From an uncultured delta proteobacterium (GTDB lineage Bacteria; Desulfobacterota; Desulfomonilia; UBA1062), in the NCBI GenBank assembly GCA_963798485.1, contig CAWCTR010000022.1, positions 1 to 64,000 on the forward strand: a stretch of 64,000 nucleotides of DNA, given 5' to 3'. How positions within the stretch are numbered: the stretch's first letter is position 1; each line of letters starts with the position of its first letter. Under the pieces are notes generated by a model. It was given only the letters and a program-made list of their open reading frames with translations, did no database searches and had not been told where the DNA came from. Below, one piece after another: positions 49,891 through 58,963 of the stretch. The translations under genes were made by a program, and so were the position numbers.

Positions 49891-50223
49891 ATGAAGAAGA
49901 AAGTGCTCGTCCCGGAGAAGGTAAGGAAGATTGAGGGAGGCTTCAGCTACATACCCCACCGGTTCATTACGGACGGATACCTCGAATCCCTGAATCAGAA
50001 AGAGCTGCTGCTTTACCTGTTCCTGGTGCTGGTTTCGGACCGGAACGGGTTATCATATTACAGCTACGACCGGATATGCACGACGCTGGAGATGGACATC
50101 GAAGAATACCTTACGGCAAGGGATTCCCTGATTAGGCAAAAGCTCATCGCCTTCGACGGTACGCTGTTCCAGGTGCTGGAGCTGCCCTCGATCCGGCATG
50201 AGAGTGAGGCCCGCCATGCTTGA
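49891..50223 (+). CDS. IS-borne winged-helix (replication-initiator-like) protein
   Basis: FSYIPHRF...ELLLYLFL...GLSYYSYDRIC; AAGGAGG RBS; overlaps the istA start. Confidence 0.7.
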   Translation: MKKKVLVPEKVRKIEGGFSYIPHRFITDGYLESLNQKELLLYLFLVLVSDRNGLSYYSYDRICTTLEMDIEEYLTARDSLIRQKLIAFDGTLFQVLELPSIRHESEARHA

Positions 50224-51688
50224 TCGGAGAATCGTGTTCGAGATCCACCGGCTGAAGAACCTTGGGCTGAAAAACATAAAGATAGCTCAGGATCTGGGTA
50301 TCAACCGGGATACGGTGAGCCTGTACCTCAGGAAGCCCGAGAGACGCCCTGCCGTGAGGAAGAGATCCTCCAAGTTGGACCCGTTCAAGCCCTTTATTGA
50401 CGGCATCCTGGAAGAACATGCCGGTGTGCCTGGAACAGTGATCTTTTTACGTCTGAGAGAGCGGGGTTATACCGGGGGTATCACCATCCTCACGGATTAC
50501 CTCAGGAATAAGAAGAGGGAACCCTCCACACGCAAGGCGTTCATACGCTTCGAGTCCGATCCGGGCAGGCAGATGCAGATCGACTGGGGCCACTTCGGAG
50601 TGCTTGATTACGGGAATGCTAAGAGACGGCTTTCCGCCTTCGTCATAATCGAGTCATACTCCCGGATGATCTACGTAGAGTTTACCCACAGCCAGAAGCA
50701 GGCCCTTCTGCACCGGTGTCTTCTCAATGCCTTTACCTTCTTCGGGGGTACGCCCCAGGAGCTCCTGGTCGACAACATGATCTCGGCAGTAATCGAGAGG
50801 CAGGGGCCGCTGGTGAGGTTCAACGATGCCTTCCTGGACTTCCTTCGGCCGCTGAAGATAAACCCCGTAGCCTGCAACGTGAGGTCTCCTCAGGAGAAGG
50901 GCAAGGTGGAGAGGAGCATCGGTTACCTGCGGCAGAGCTTCTGGCCGCTCAGAGAGATCTCAAGCCTTGCAGATGCCAATGCCCAGGTAAGGCTGTGGCT
51001 TGATGAGGTCGCTAACGTGAGGGTGCACGGTGGCACCGGAGATAAGCCAGCGGAACGCTTCAAGGGCGTGAGGTTAAGGCCGCTGCCCGAGAACCTGCCC
51101 GACTGCTCCGAGACGCTCAGTGTGTTCGTGCATAAGGACTTCGCCGTGAGATTCGACGGCAACGACTATACGGTGCCGCCGTGGACAGTGGGCAGGAGAG
51201 TTCTCCTGAAGGCGGACAACGATGCGGTACGCATCTTCTTCAAGGACAAGGTAATAGCAACGCATCCACGATGCTGGGAGTACAAGAAGAGGATCGAGGC
51301 TCCGGCTCATGCCGAGCAGGTCAGGAGACTGCAGAAAAGGCTCTGGCGGGATCGGGATATAGCCCTGTTCGCCTCTATGGGAGATGAAGCCGCATCTTAT
51401 CTTGAAGCACTGGCGGAAGCATCTCATCCGATCAAGAAGAACATATCGAGGCTGCTTGAGTTGAGGGATGAGTACGGGGTGGAATCATTGCTCTATGCGA
51501 TCAGGAAGGCCCTGCAGTTCAAGGCATACGGTGCTGACTACATCGAGAACATCCTCTACCAGGAGATGACCCCGAAGAGGGTGCACCCGCCGGTGAAGCT
51601 GGGCAATGAAGAACTCAACAGGATACGGCTCAGCATGCCTTCACTCGCTGAGTATGATGCTTATGCGGTCAAGAGAGGTGGCTCATGA
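50216..51688 (+). CDS. istA: IS21 transposase
   Basis: SKLDPFK, RFESDPG.QMQIDWG, LVDNM, KGKVER. Confidence 0.95.
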   Translation: MLDRRIVFEIHRLKNLGLKNIKIAQDLGINRDTVSLYLRKPERRPAVRKRSSKLDPFKPFIDGILEEHAGVPGTVIFLRLRERGYTGGITILTDYLRNKKREPSTRKAFIRFESDPGRQMQIDWGHFGVLDYGNAKRRLSAFVIIESYSRMIYVEFTHSQKQALLHRCLLNAFTFFGGTPQELLVDNMISAVIERQGPLVRFNDAFLDFLRPLKINPVACNVRSPQEKGKVERSIGYLRQSFWPLREISSLADANAQVRLWLDEVANVRVHGGTGDKPAERFKGVRLRPLPENLPDCSETLSVFVHKDFAVRFDGNDYTVPPWTVGRRVLLKADNDAVRIFFKDKVIATHPRCWEYKKRIEAPAHAEQVRRLQKRLWRDRDIALFASMGDEAASYLEALAEASHPIKKNISRLLELRDEYGVESLLYAIRKALQFKAYGADYIENILYQEMTPKRVHPPVKLGNEELNRIRLSMPSLAEYDAYAVKRGGS

Positions 51689-52437
51689 TGGAAGATGTTA
51701 TCCGGAAATGCAGAGAGTTGAAGCTCAAGGCGTGGGTGGAGGATCTTGAGCGGGTCATGGACGAGGCCTCCAAAAAGAACTCCCCGGTTCAGCGCATCAT
51801 AGAACACCTTCTCGACCTGGAGATCGAGAAGAGGAGGAAGATCAGGATAGACACATGCTTCCGGTTCTCAAGGCTTGATGAGAAGCAGAGCATAGACCAG
51901 TTCGACTTCTCGTTCCATCCTTCCAGAAAAGCCAACAAGGCCAGAATCCTTAACCTTCTCGACCTGGAGTTCATCAGGGAGAGAAAAGACGTCATCCTCA
52001 TCGGCAATCCCGGAGTGGGCAAGTCCTTCATCGCCAAGTGCCTGGCTTACGCCTCGACTCAGGCAGGCATAAAAACGCTGTTCGTATCCACCATGGAGAT
52101 GATCAACCAGCTCATAGCGGCGGAGGGTGACAGGACCTTCCTGAAGAAGCTCCATTACTACCAGTCGTTCGACCTGCTGGTCTGCGACGAGATAGGCTAT
52201 CTCCCCCTCGGGTCCCAGGGTTCCAACTTCTTCTTCCAGGTCATAAGCGCCCGCCATCAGAAGAAGTCCACACTCATCACCACGAATCTGCCGTTTGCCG
52301 AGTGGGGGAACGTATTCGACAACACCACGGTCGCCACGGCTATTGCCGACAGGCTGGTACATAACTCCGAAATCATCATATTCGAGGGGCCAAGCTATCG
52401 AAAAAGAGACAGGAAAGAACAGAAGAAACCTGAATAG
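51685..52437 (+). CDS. istB: IS21 ATPase helper
   Basis: GNPGVGKS, LVCDEIGY, TTNLPF.EW, DRLVH. Confidence 0.95.
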   Translation: MMEDVIRKCRELKLKAWVEDLERVMDEASKKNSPVQRIIEHLLDLEIEKRRKIRIDTCFRFSRLDEKQSIDQFDFSFHPSRKANKARILNLLDLEFIRERKDVILIGNPGVGKSFIAKCLAYASTQAGIKTLFVSTMEMINQLIAAEGDRTFLKKLHYYQSFDLLVCDEIGYLPLGSQGSNFFFQVISARHQKKSTLITTNLPFAEWGNVFDNTTVATAIADRLVHNSEIIIFEGPSYRKRDRKEQKKPE

Positions 52438-52952
52438 GCCAGAAGGCATAAAGCTCGAAAGCCGTATTACAGAACGGCTTGAAAACCGGCCTGGCCGATC
52501 AAGTGCGGGTTCAGACATTCCCCGCTGTGCATCTTTATGCCCATCGCAACTGCCTGCCGATTTTTATCCCGGTATACTTGCCGGTTTTTAGACCGGCGCA
52601 GACAGAAAGAACATTAAAAACCTGTACAGAGCTTTACAACAAAGCAAAAAGCATGAAACCTGGAAAAAGTGAAAGGGATTATTTAAAGATTGTATTGTTA
52701 ACTAAGCCACCTTTTGATTACCAAGTTGATGGAATCATAAACGGGATTCTTGATGAATGTCAAAATATTGCAGACCTAGCAGAAATGATCTCTTATCATG
52801 GAAAACTAGGCAATGATTTATGGAAAAGTAGGGATAGAAATTTAAAGGGTGGAAGTCTTGAGAATAGGAATAGGAAGTTTTTTACCGAATTTTGGGGGCA
52901 ATAATTAACCTAGTATAACTGCACAACAGTCTAAAATAGCAGGAGATTATAA

Positions 52953-53237
52953 ATGCCACTGAGACTATTGGTATGTATCGGGATGGTTATTTATTGTATT
53001 TGGCAGGGATTTGCAGCAGCCTCAATCCCTACAAGTAATGGTCATAATTATTTCCCATTTGTCTACATAATGTGTGTTGTCCTGCTGTTTTCTGGTTTGA
53101 ATAAATTCGGCCTGATTACATGGCCTCTTGCCACAGTACTTCTTTTGTTTTACGGGCATTGGGTTGTTGGATGGATTCCGCTTGCTTTGGTTTTATTCAA
53201 TGTCTTTGGTAATAAAGTTGTTGCGAGTGAACGATAA
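52953..53237 (+). CDS. small membrane protein
   Basis: Highly hydrophobic 94 aa, AGGAG RBS. Confidence 0.65.
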   Translation: MPLRLLVCIGMVIYCIWQGFAAASIPTSNGHNYFPFVYIMCVVLLFSGLNKFGLITWPLATVLLLFYGHWVVGWIPLALVLFNVFGNKVVASER

Positions 53238-53316
53238 GTAGAAGAAAGAAATATGACAAGGGGAACAGTTTAAGAGGAAGTTGCATACTGTGAACACGAT
53301 CAAGCTCAACGGTGTC

Positions 53317-53865
53317 CTATCGACCAAGATATTTCTCCGAATGCCCCTTATGTCCATTGAAGTTCTGGATGTATCTGTCCACCAAAGGCTTGTTACCTTT
53401 CATGATCAAGAGATTCTCTGCATTGTTCTCCTCTGCTGCCCTGGTAAAGTTGAATGAACCAGTGATCAAGATGTTCCGATCTATCACCATGATCTTGTTG
53501 TGGGCTATAGCATGGGCAGAGTCGATGTACGTTGGTATTCCAGCATGGGCAACAAAGTCAGCAGAAGAGTACCCTTGAGTCTGCTGGCTTCTATCAAGGA
53601 TCACCTCGATCTTAATTCCTCTTTTCCGGGCATCGACAAGGGCCTTGGCTATTGGTTTACTGGTGAAAGAATATGCCTGGACAAGGATCTCTGACCTTGC
53701 CCCGTTGATCTCTTGTACAATGGCTTCTGTAGCACCGCCATGAGGGGAGAAGTAGGCATCGATAGTGCCAATTGCCTTGAACTGGTCAGCATAGGCCGAT
53801 CCAGGTAGGATTGAGATAATCAGGCAGCAGGTGAGAAGAATGAGTCTGGGTGCGATGTATTTCAT
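53317..53865 (-). CDS. exported PLD-family (Nuc-like) endonuclease
   Basis: Signal peptide, YFSP.GG, AHNKIMVID, TGSFN, NAEN. Confidence 0.9.
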   Translation of the reverse strand: MKYIAPRLILLTCCLIISILPGSAYADQFKAIGTIDAYFSPHGGATEAIVQEINGARSEILVQAYSFTSKPIAKALVDARKRGIKIEVILDRSQQTQGYSSADFVAHAGIPTYIDSAHAIAHNKIMVIDRNILITGSFNFTRAAEENNAENLLIMKGNKPLVDRYIQNFNGHKGHSEKYLGR

Positions 53866-54350
53866 GGTGCGCCTCTCTCAAGATGTAAGTGTATTTGGGA
53901 TATACGATTTTACCACGGGAAGGAATAGGGGATTTCATTCGTTGACGCTGTTTCTGTCCGTAGTAACATATAATATTCCAAGCATGTCCATGAACTGGCT
54001 TCCCTGCTGATAATGTAGCAATTCACATTTCACAATATTGTCTTGCTCAAAACATGCGTAAAACTTGTCTTCATGCCATCAAGCGGTGATAAGTTTTATT
54101 GCATTTAACATACAAACTTTATTGAAGATATTCAAGATAAACCCAGTATACGCACACAAGTCATTCACATAGCTCATGCTCTTGATTGTAGATCGAGATA
54201 TGGTGCCGATTTGCGCTTAAGGTGATCACCATAACAGCAGACCTTCTCCATGTTCCTTGGGTGATATGATTGGAGTTTTAATTGAAATGCAGCGTAGGAA
54301 AAGGGTCAACAAGGGGGTCAACATCGAGTATGTTGAACCCCCGTAGAACT

Positions 54351-54428
54351 TGGCGTCCCCAAGGGGATTTGAACCCCTGTCGCCGGCGTGAAAGGCCGGT
54401 GTCCTGGGCCCGGCTAGACGATGGGGAC
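54351..54428 (-). tRNA. tRNA-Glu(TTC)
   Basis: GTCCCCA...CCGGC-CTTTCAC-GCCGG...GTTCAAATC...GGGGACGCCA. Confidence 0.95.
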
Positions 54429-54434
54429 ATACAT

Positions 54435-54507
54435 TGAGCCAGGAGGGACTCGAACCCTCGACCACCGGATTAAAAGTCCGATGCTCTACCAACTGAGCTA
54501 CTGGCTC
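54435..54507 (-). tRNA. tRNA-Lys(TTT)
   Basis: GAGCCAGTAGCTCAGTTGGTAGAGC...CTTTTAA...GTTCGAGTC...CTGGCTCA. Confidence 0.95.
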
Positions 54508-54682
54508 AGTTCGAACCCCCCTATGTCATGGTTGGTGGAAAATATCAAGGATAAAAAGCCTTCGATTGATGCAGGGAAGCCTTTGTATTGTAAGGCATCA
54601 TGATCCGGGCATAGAGCAATTACCCTTGATACTTGAATGGTGTTTTCCGTGAGACAATAGTTGTGCTATAGACTTAGGCGCT

Positions 54683-54904
54683 ATGGTCTGGGTGATACTC
54701 TATATTCCAATTGCCGTTTACATGGGCTATGCGTATGCATCACGCCTTGAGCCCATTTCATGGGCAATCGTCTTTGCCGTCATCCTCGGGTTTTGTCTTG
54801 TGGAGTGGCTGATGGTCAGAAAAGACCGTTCCCGTTCAAGGATAACCTTGGTGGTCATGTGTCTCACCCTGGCATCGCTTCTTGGGGGAATGATATTTCG
54901 TTAA
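54683..54904 (+). CDS. small membrane protein
   Basis: 73 aa, three hydrophobic segments. Confidence 0.6.
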   Translation: MVWVILYIPIAVYMGYAYASRLEPISWAIVFAVILGFCLVEWLMVRKDRSRSRITLVVMCLTLASLLGGMIFR

Positions 54905-54940
54905 GGGATTTACTACTATTGGATCAGTTGACAATTAAAA

Positions 54941-55237
54941 TCACATGTCTTCGGAGTAGGTGTAGTCATATACCTTGGACACTCTGATCCCCTGGATGGA
55001 GAAGTAGAACTCGTCTCCTTTCTCTACCCCGCTCACCTCCGCCACACCTGATTCCTGGGCCTGGAAGATTTTGGTGTTTCCGAAATCGAAAATGGGTAAG
55101 GCCTTGCTTGTATAGGTCCAGATGGTGCCATCATCAGAAATGGTGGAAATGATATACTCACCCTGCTTCAACCATTTCTTTATACCCTGGAATTCGAATC
55201 TCGTATTTTCCCTATACATGACGGCCTCTCTCTTCAT
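54941..55237 (-). CDS. hypothetical protein
   Basis: 98-aa ORF with GGGAG RBS. Confidence 0.6.
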   Translation of the reverse strand: MKREAVMYRENTRFEFQGIKKWLKQGEYIISTISDDGTIWTYTSKALPIFDFGNTKIFQAQESGVAEVSGVEKGDEFYFSIQGIRVSKVYDYTYSEDM

Positions 55238-55292
55238 TGTTGCTCCCTTTCTAATACTACTTATCGGAAGCGAAGGGAGAAGGCTTAACGTT

Positions 55293-56885
55293 TTACTTAG
55301 GGCGCCTCACCTTTTTTGAATCCTTGTAGAGTTTGTAGTCCATGCTGTCTACCAGGGCCATCCAGGAGGCCTCGAGGATGTTGCTTGATACCCCTACCGT
55401 ATACCAATGGTCCTTTTTATCCCCTGACTCGATGAGAACCCTGACCACCGATTCGGTCCCGGATCTGGATGAGATAACCCGGACCTTATAATCCAAAAGC
55501 TCGACTTCTTGGATACCGGGGTAGAACTTCTGCAGGGCCTTCCTGAGGGCTCTGTCCAGGGCATTGACCGGACCGTTTCCCAATGCGGCGGTATGCTCGA
55601 TATTGCCATCCACCTCGATCATGATGGTGGCCTCGGACATGGGGTCGGTGTCATCGCTTCTGCGTTCCGTATTTACCCTAAATCCCTTGAGATTGAAGGA
55701 GCGCATGTGTTCACCCATGGACTTCTTCATAAGGAGCTCTAACGATGCGTCAGCGCCTTCAAACTGAAAGCCGCAATCCTCAAGGTCTTTTATGATCTTC
55801 ACGATATCGTTGGCAGCCGTATCATCCTTGGACAAGTCAATGTTCAACTCGCGCGCCTTATAGAGGATGTTGCTCTTTCCGGACTGCTCGGAAACAAGAA
55901 CCTTACGGTGATTCCCCACAAGCTCAGGTAAAGTGTGCTCATAGGTTGTGGGATCATCGATCACAGCACTCACGTGGATGCCTGCTTTATGGGCAAAGGC
56001 CGATTCGCCCACATAGGGCTGGTGTTTGTTGTGGGATAGGTTGGCAATGTCGTCGAAGAACCGGGAAAGCTCGCTGAGCAGCCTCAACTTATCCGGAGGT
56101 ATGGTCTCATAGCCAAGCTTGATGCTTAAGTTGGGGATGATGGAGCACAGGTTTGCATTTCCGCACCTCTCACCAATGCCGTTTATCGTGCCATGGACGT
56201 GGTCAATGCCTGCCTGTACGGCGCAGACCGTATTTGCAACAGCAAGATCGCCGTCATTGTGGCAATGGATGCCCAGCAAGGTATTGAGCTCGCCCTTCAG
56301 GAAGCCGATGATGCCAAGCACCTCCGAGGGCAGTGTTCCTCCGTTGGTGTCGCACAGGATAATCCTGTCAGCACCGCCTGCTTTTGCCGCCTTTAATGTT
56401 GATAAGGCATATTCCCTGTTTGCCTTGAATCCGTCGAAGAAGTGCTCTGCATCAAAAAAGACCAAATTGAAAAAACCTTTCAGGTAGGCCACGGTATCGC
56501 GGATCATCCGTAAGTTTTCATCCAGAGAGCACCCGATGCCGCCGGCTCCCTTTACATGGGTGTCCCATGATTTTCCGAAGATGGTCACTCCGTTAGGTTT
56601 CGCATTAATGAGGTGCCTTATCATCCTGTCGTTTTCCGGAGGTTTGCCGGGTTTGCAGGTGCTGCCGAAGGCCATGATCTTCGAATGGGTGATTGCGAGC
56701 GACTTGATCTTGCCGAACAGGCGGTCGTCCTTGGGGTTGGCCCCCGGCCAGCCGGCCTCGATGTAGTCCAGTCCAAGCTGGTCGAGCTTGACGATGATGG
56801 AGCATTTGTCATCCATGGAGAGGCTTATGTCTTCGGCCTGGGCCCCATCACGCAGTGTAGTGTCGTAGATCTCGATCTTGCTCAA
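55293..56885 (-). CDS. cimA: citramalate synthase
   Basis: YDTTLRDGAQ, IFGKSWD.HV, DAEHFFDG, HCHND, AFAHKAG.H, GNGPVNALD. Confidence 0.92.
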   Translation of the reverse strand: MSKIEIYDTTLRDGAQAEDISLSMDDKCSIIVKLDQLGLDYIEAGWPGANPKDDRLFGKIKSLAITHSKIMAFGSTCKPGKPPENDRMIRHLINAKPNGVTIFGKSWDTHVKGAGGIGCSLDENLRMIRDTVAYLKGFFNLVFFDAEHFFDGFKANREYALSTLKAAKAGGADRIILCDTNGGTLPSEVLGIIGFLKGELNTLLGIHCHNDGDLAVANTVCAVQAGIDHVHGTINGIGERCGNANLCSIIPNLSIKLGYETIPPDKLRLLSELSRFFDDIANLSHNKHQPYVGESAFAHKAGIHVSAVIDDPTTYEHTLPELVGNHRKVLVSEQSGKSNILYKARELNIDLSKDDTAANDIVKIIKDLEDCGFQFEGADASLELLMKKSMGEHMRSFNLKGFRVNTERRSDDTDPMSEATIMIEVDGNIEHTAALGNGPVNALDRALRKALQKFYPGIQEVELLDYKVRVISSRSGTESVVRVLIESGDKKDHWYTVGVSSNILEASWMALVDSMDYKLYKDSKKVRRPK

Positions 56886-58114
56886 AGGGCGCTCCTCGGC
56901 TTGTCGAGCTCAAAGGCCTCGTGAAGAACACGCACGCCGAGCTCGATGAATTTTTCATCAATAACGCAGGATACCTTTATCTCGGAGGTGGATATCATCT
57001 GGATGTTGATCCCCACATCGGACAATGTCTGGAACATCTTGGAAGCGACACCGGCATGGGATCTCATGCCAACGCCTACAATGGACAGCTTGGCGATGGA
57101 AGGGTCGCCCGCAACATCACGGGCCCCCATCTCGCCTGCAAGATGCCTGACGATCCCAAGGGCCTTTTCAAAGTCGGTCTTGGTGACCGTGAAGCTCATA
57201 TCCGCAAGCCTTCCGTCTGCTGAGACGTTTTGGATGATCATATCCACATTGATGCCCTTTTCCGACAGGGGGGAAAAGATCTTTGCCGCTACACCGGGTT
57301 TATCCTGAACGCCTAAGATGGTAATCTTGGCCTCGTTCTTGTCATACGTAATGCCTGATAGAACCTCTTTCTCCATCTCATTATCCTCCAGGGTGGTAAG
57401 GGTCCCTCCTTCATCCGAGAAGGTGCTCTTCACCAGTATGGGAATATTGTATTTCTTGGCGAACTCCACTGAACGGGTCTGAAGGACCTTGGCGCCTAAC
57501 GATGCCATCTCGAGCATCTCGTCATAGGATATCTTATTGAGCCGCCTCGCCCTCTCGCATATGTTGGGATCGCAGGTGTATACCCCATCCACATCGGTGT
57601 AGATCTCGCAAACCTCTGCGCCCAGCACTGCGGCCAGAGCGACGGCCGACGTGTCCGACCCGCCTCTGCCGAGTGTTGTGATATCCTGGTTAAGAGTGAT
57701 TCCCTGGAACCCGGCTACAACCGCCACCTCTTTCGCCTCAAAGGCCTTTTTCAGTGCACTTGCATCTATGTCGAGGATACGCGCCTTCATGAATGCGTCA
57801 TCGGTCTTGATCCCGATCTGAAAACCCAAGAGCGAGCGTGCGGGAATACCTAGGTCCTTGAGCGCCATGGCAAGCAGGCCGATCGTAACCTGCTCGCCTG
57901 TGGAAACGATGACATCCATCTCCCTCGGGTCAGGTGAAGGGGAAAGCTCCTTAGCGAGCCTGATGAGCCTGTCCGTCTCTCCTGACATGGCGGAAACAAC
58001 CACTACTACATCGTTGCCTTCACGATACCTCTTGGCAACCTTGCCTGCCACGAACTTTATCTTTTCCAGAGAGCCGACGGAGGTCCCGCCATATTTTTGA
58101 ACAATTAAACCCAT
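56882..58114 (-). CDS. lysC: aspartate kinase
   Basis: VQKYGGTSV, TTLGRGGSD, two ACT domains. Confidence 0.95.
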   Translation of the reverse strand: MGLIVQKYGGTSVGSLEKIKFVAGKVAKRYREGNDVVVVVSAMSGETDRLIRLAKELSPSPDPREMDVIVSTGEQVTIGLLAMALKDLGIPARSLLGFQIGIKTDDAFMKARILDIDASALKKAFEAKEVAVVAGFQGITLNQDITTLGRGGSDTSAVALAAVLGAEVCEIYTDVDGVYTCDPNICERARRLNKISYDEMLEMASLGAKVLQTRSVEFAKKYNIPILVKSTFSDEGGTLTTLEDNEMEKEVLSGITYDKNEAKITILGVQDKPGVAAKIFSPLSEKGINVDMIIQNVSADGRLADMSFTVTKTDFEKALGIVRHLAGEMGARDVAGDPSIAKLSIVGVGMRSHAGVASKMFQTLSDVGINIQMISTSEIKVSCVIDEKFIELGVRVLHEAFELDKPRSAL

Positions 58115-58115
58115 A

Positions 58116-58589
58116 TCAATTTACCTCTGTACGCCCCCGTATGTTGGTAAGGTCACTGATCCATGGGAGTTGTGTTGAGATGGTGATCTCCCTTTTATGC
58201 TCACCTGCATGATCGATAGTGATATCAACGGTTGTGCCTAAAAAAAAGCCGCACGCACGCCCAGCCCATTCGACAATGATGACATGATCCGTGTCCATGA
58301 AGTCTTCAAGCCCGAGATTTCCTATCTCTTCAGAGTCTAGCCTATAAAGATCTACATGGATTATGTCAAGCCTTGCATTGTACAGGTTCACCAGGGTGAA
58401 GCTTGGGCTGACCACTGTCACCTGAGCATAGGGGTCTATGCCTTTGACAATGCCCTTGGTGAGCAGCGTCTTGCCTGCACCTAACGCGCCACCCAGCCCG
58501 ATGATCTCTCCGCCTGTGAGTCGAGAGCCTATATGTGTCCCGAGCGAATAGGTCTCTTCAGGGGAGTTCGAGATGAAGTCGTGTCTCAT
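58116..58589 (-). CDS. tsaE: tRNA t6A biosynthesis ATPase
   Basis: GALGAGKT, SPSFTLV, HVDLYRL, VEW. Confidence 0.93.
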   Translation of the reverse strand: MRHDFISNSPEETYSLGTHIGSRLTGGEIIGLGGALGAGKTLLTKGIVKGIDPYAQVTVVSPSFTLVNLYNARLDIIHVDLYRLDSEEIGNLGLEDFMDTDHVIIVEWAGRACGFFLGTTVDITIDHAGEHKREITISTQLPWISDLTNIRGRTEVN

Positions 58590-58963
58590 ATGCCCTCTAG
58601 AATCACGACTGCTACGGCGCAACCCTTGTCGTGAGATATGCTTACATGGTGTTTCACCACGTCCAAGCGGTGTGAGAGTTCATGGGCCTTACCTGATAGC
58701 GTCAGTTGCGGGGCCCCATCTTTCATATCTATGGTGATGTCCTTAAAGGGGACGCCTGAGGATCTCCCGGCAGAAAGCGCCTTGAAGGCAGCCTCTTTTA
58801 CGGCAAACCTCCCGGCAAGGCATGTTGCGGAATCGTATCTCTTCATGCAGTAGGTTATTTCATCCAAGGAAAAGACCCGCTCAAGGAAACGCCTGCCGTA
58901 TTTTTGTAAAAGGGCGTTGATGCGGGAGATATCGACGATATCAATGCCGATCCCAATGACCAC
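58586..58963 (-). CDS. acpS: holo-ACP synthase
   Basis: GIGIDIV, RFAVKEAAFKA, VSISHD. Confidence 0.95.
   Translation of the reverse strand: MVIGIGIDIVDISRINALLQKYGRRFLERVFSLDEITYCMKRYDSATCLAGRFAVKEAAFKALSAGRSSGVPFKDITIDMKDGAPQLTLSGKAHELSHRLDVVKHHVSISHDKGCAVAVVILEGI

Larger units (their letters stand above)
49191..52604 (+). mobile_element. IS21-family element with two extra ORFs (3414 bp)
   Basis: TGTCCGCCCCGGGTTTAAAAA / TTTTTAGACCGGCGCAGACA imperfect inverted ends, 8-bp TSD GAAAGAAC. Confidence 0.92.
49147..52904 (+). pseudogene. 111-aa hypothetical gene interrupted by IS21
   Basis: MGLFSAIFGTREER (from 49147) rejoins in frame to TLKTCTELYNK...FWGQ* (52613-52904) once the IS and one TSD are removed. 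Confidence 0.85.
36296..54396. mobile_element. tRNA-Glu-integrated element (satellite/IME-like)
   Basis: 46-bp att repeats, adjacent tyrosine integrase, replication module, orphan cargo. Confidence 0.93.

Noticed and set aside
52479-52904. 141-aa ORF from the track as an independent gene
   Set aside because: Its 5' part is IS21 right-end sequence; the real gene starts at 49147
47800-53300. Cargo genes as integron cassettes
   Set aside because: No attC-like RYYYAAC...GTTRRRY palindromes seen between the genes, and no IntI
55250-55273. TTATCGGAAGCGA matches one arm of the lox-like site (12/13)
   Set aside because: The partner arm is poor and it lies outside the att-bounded element; probably chance, though not excluded
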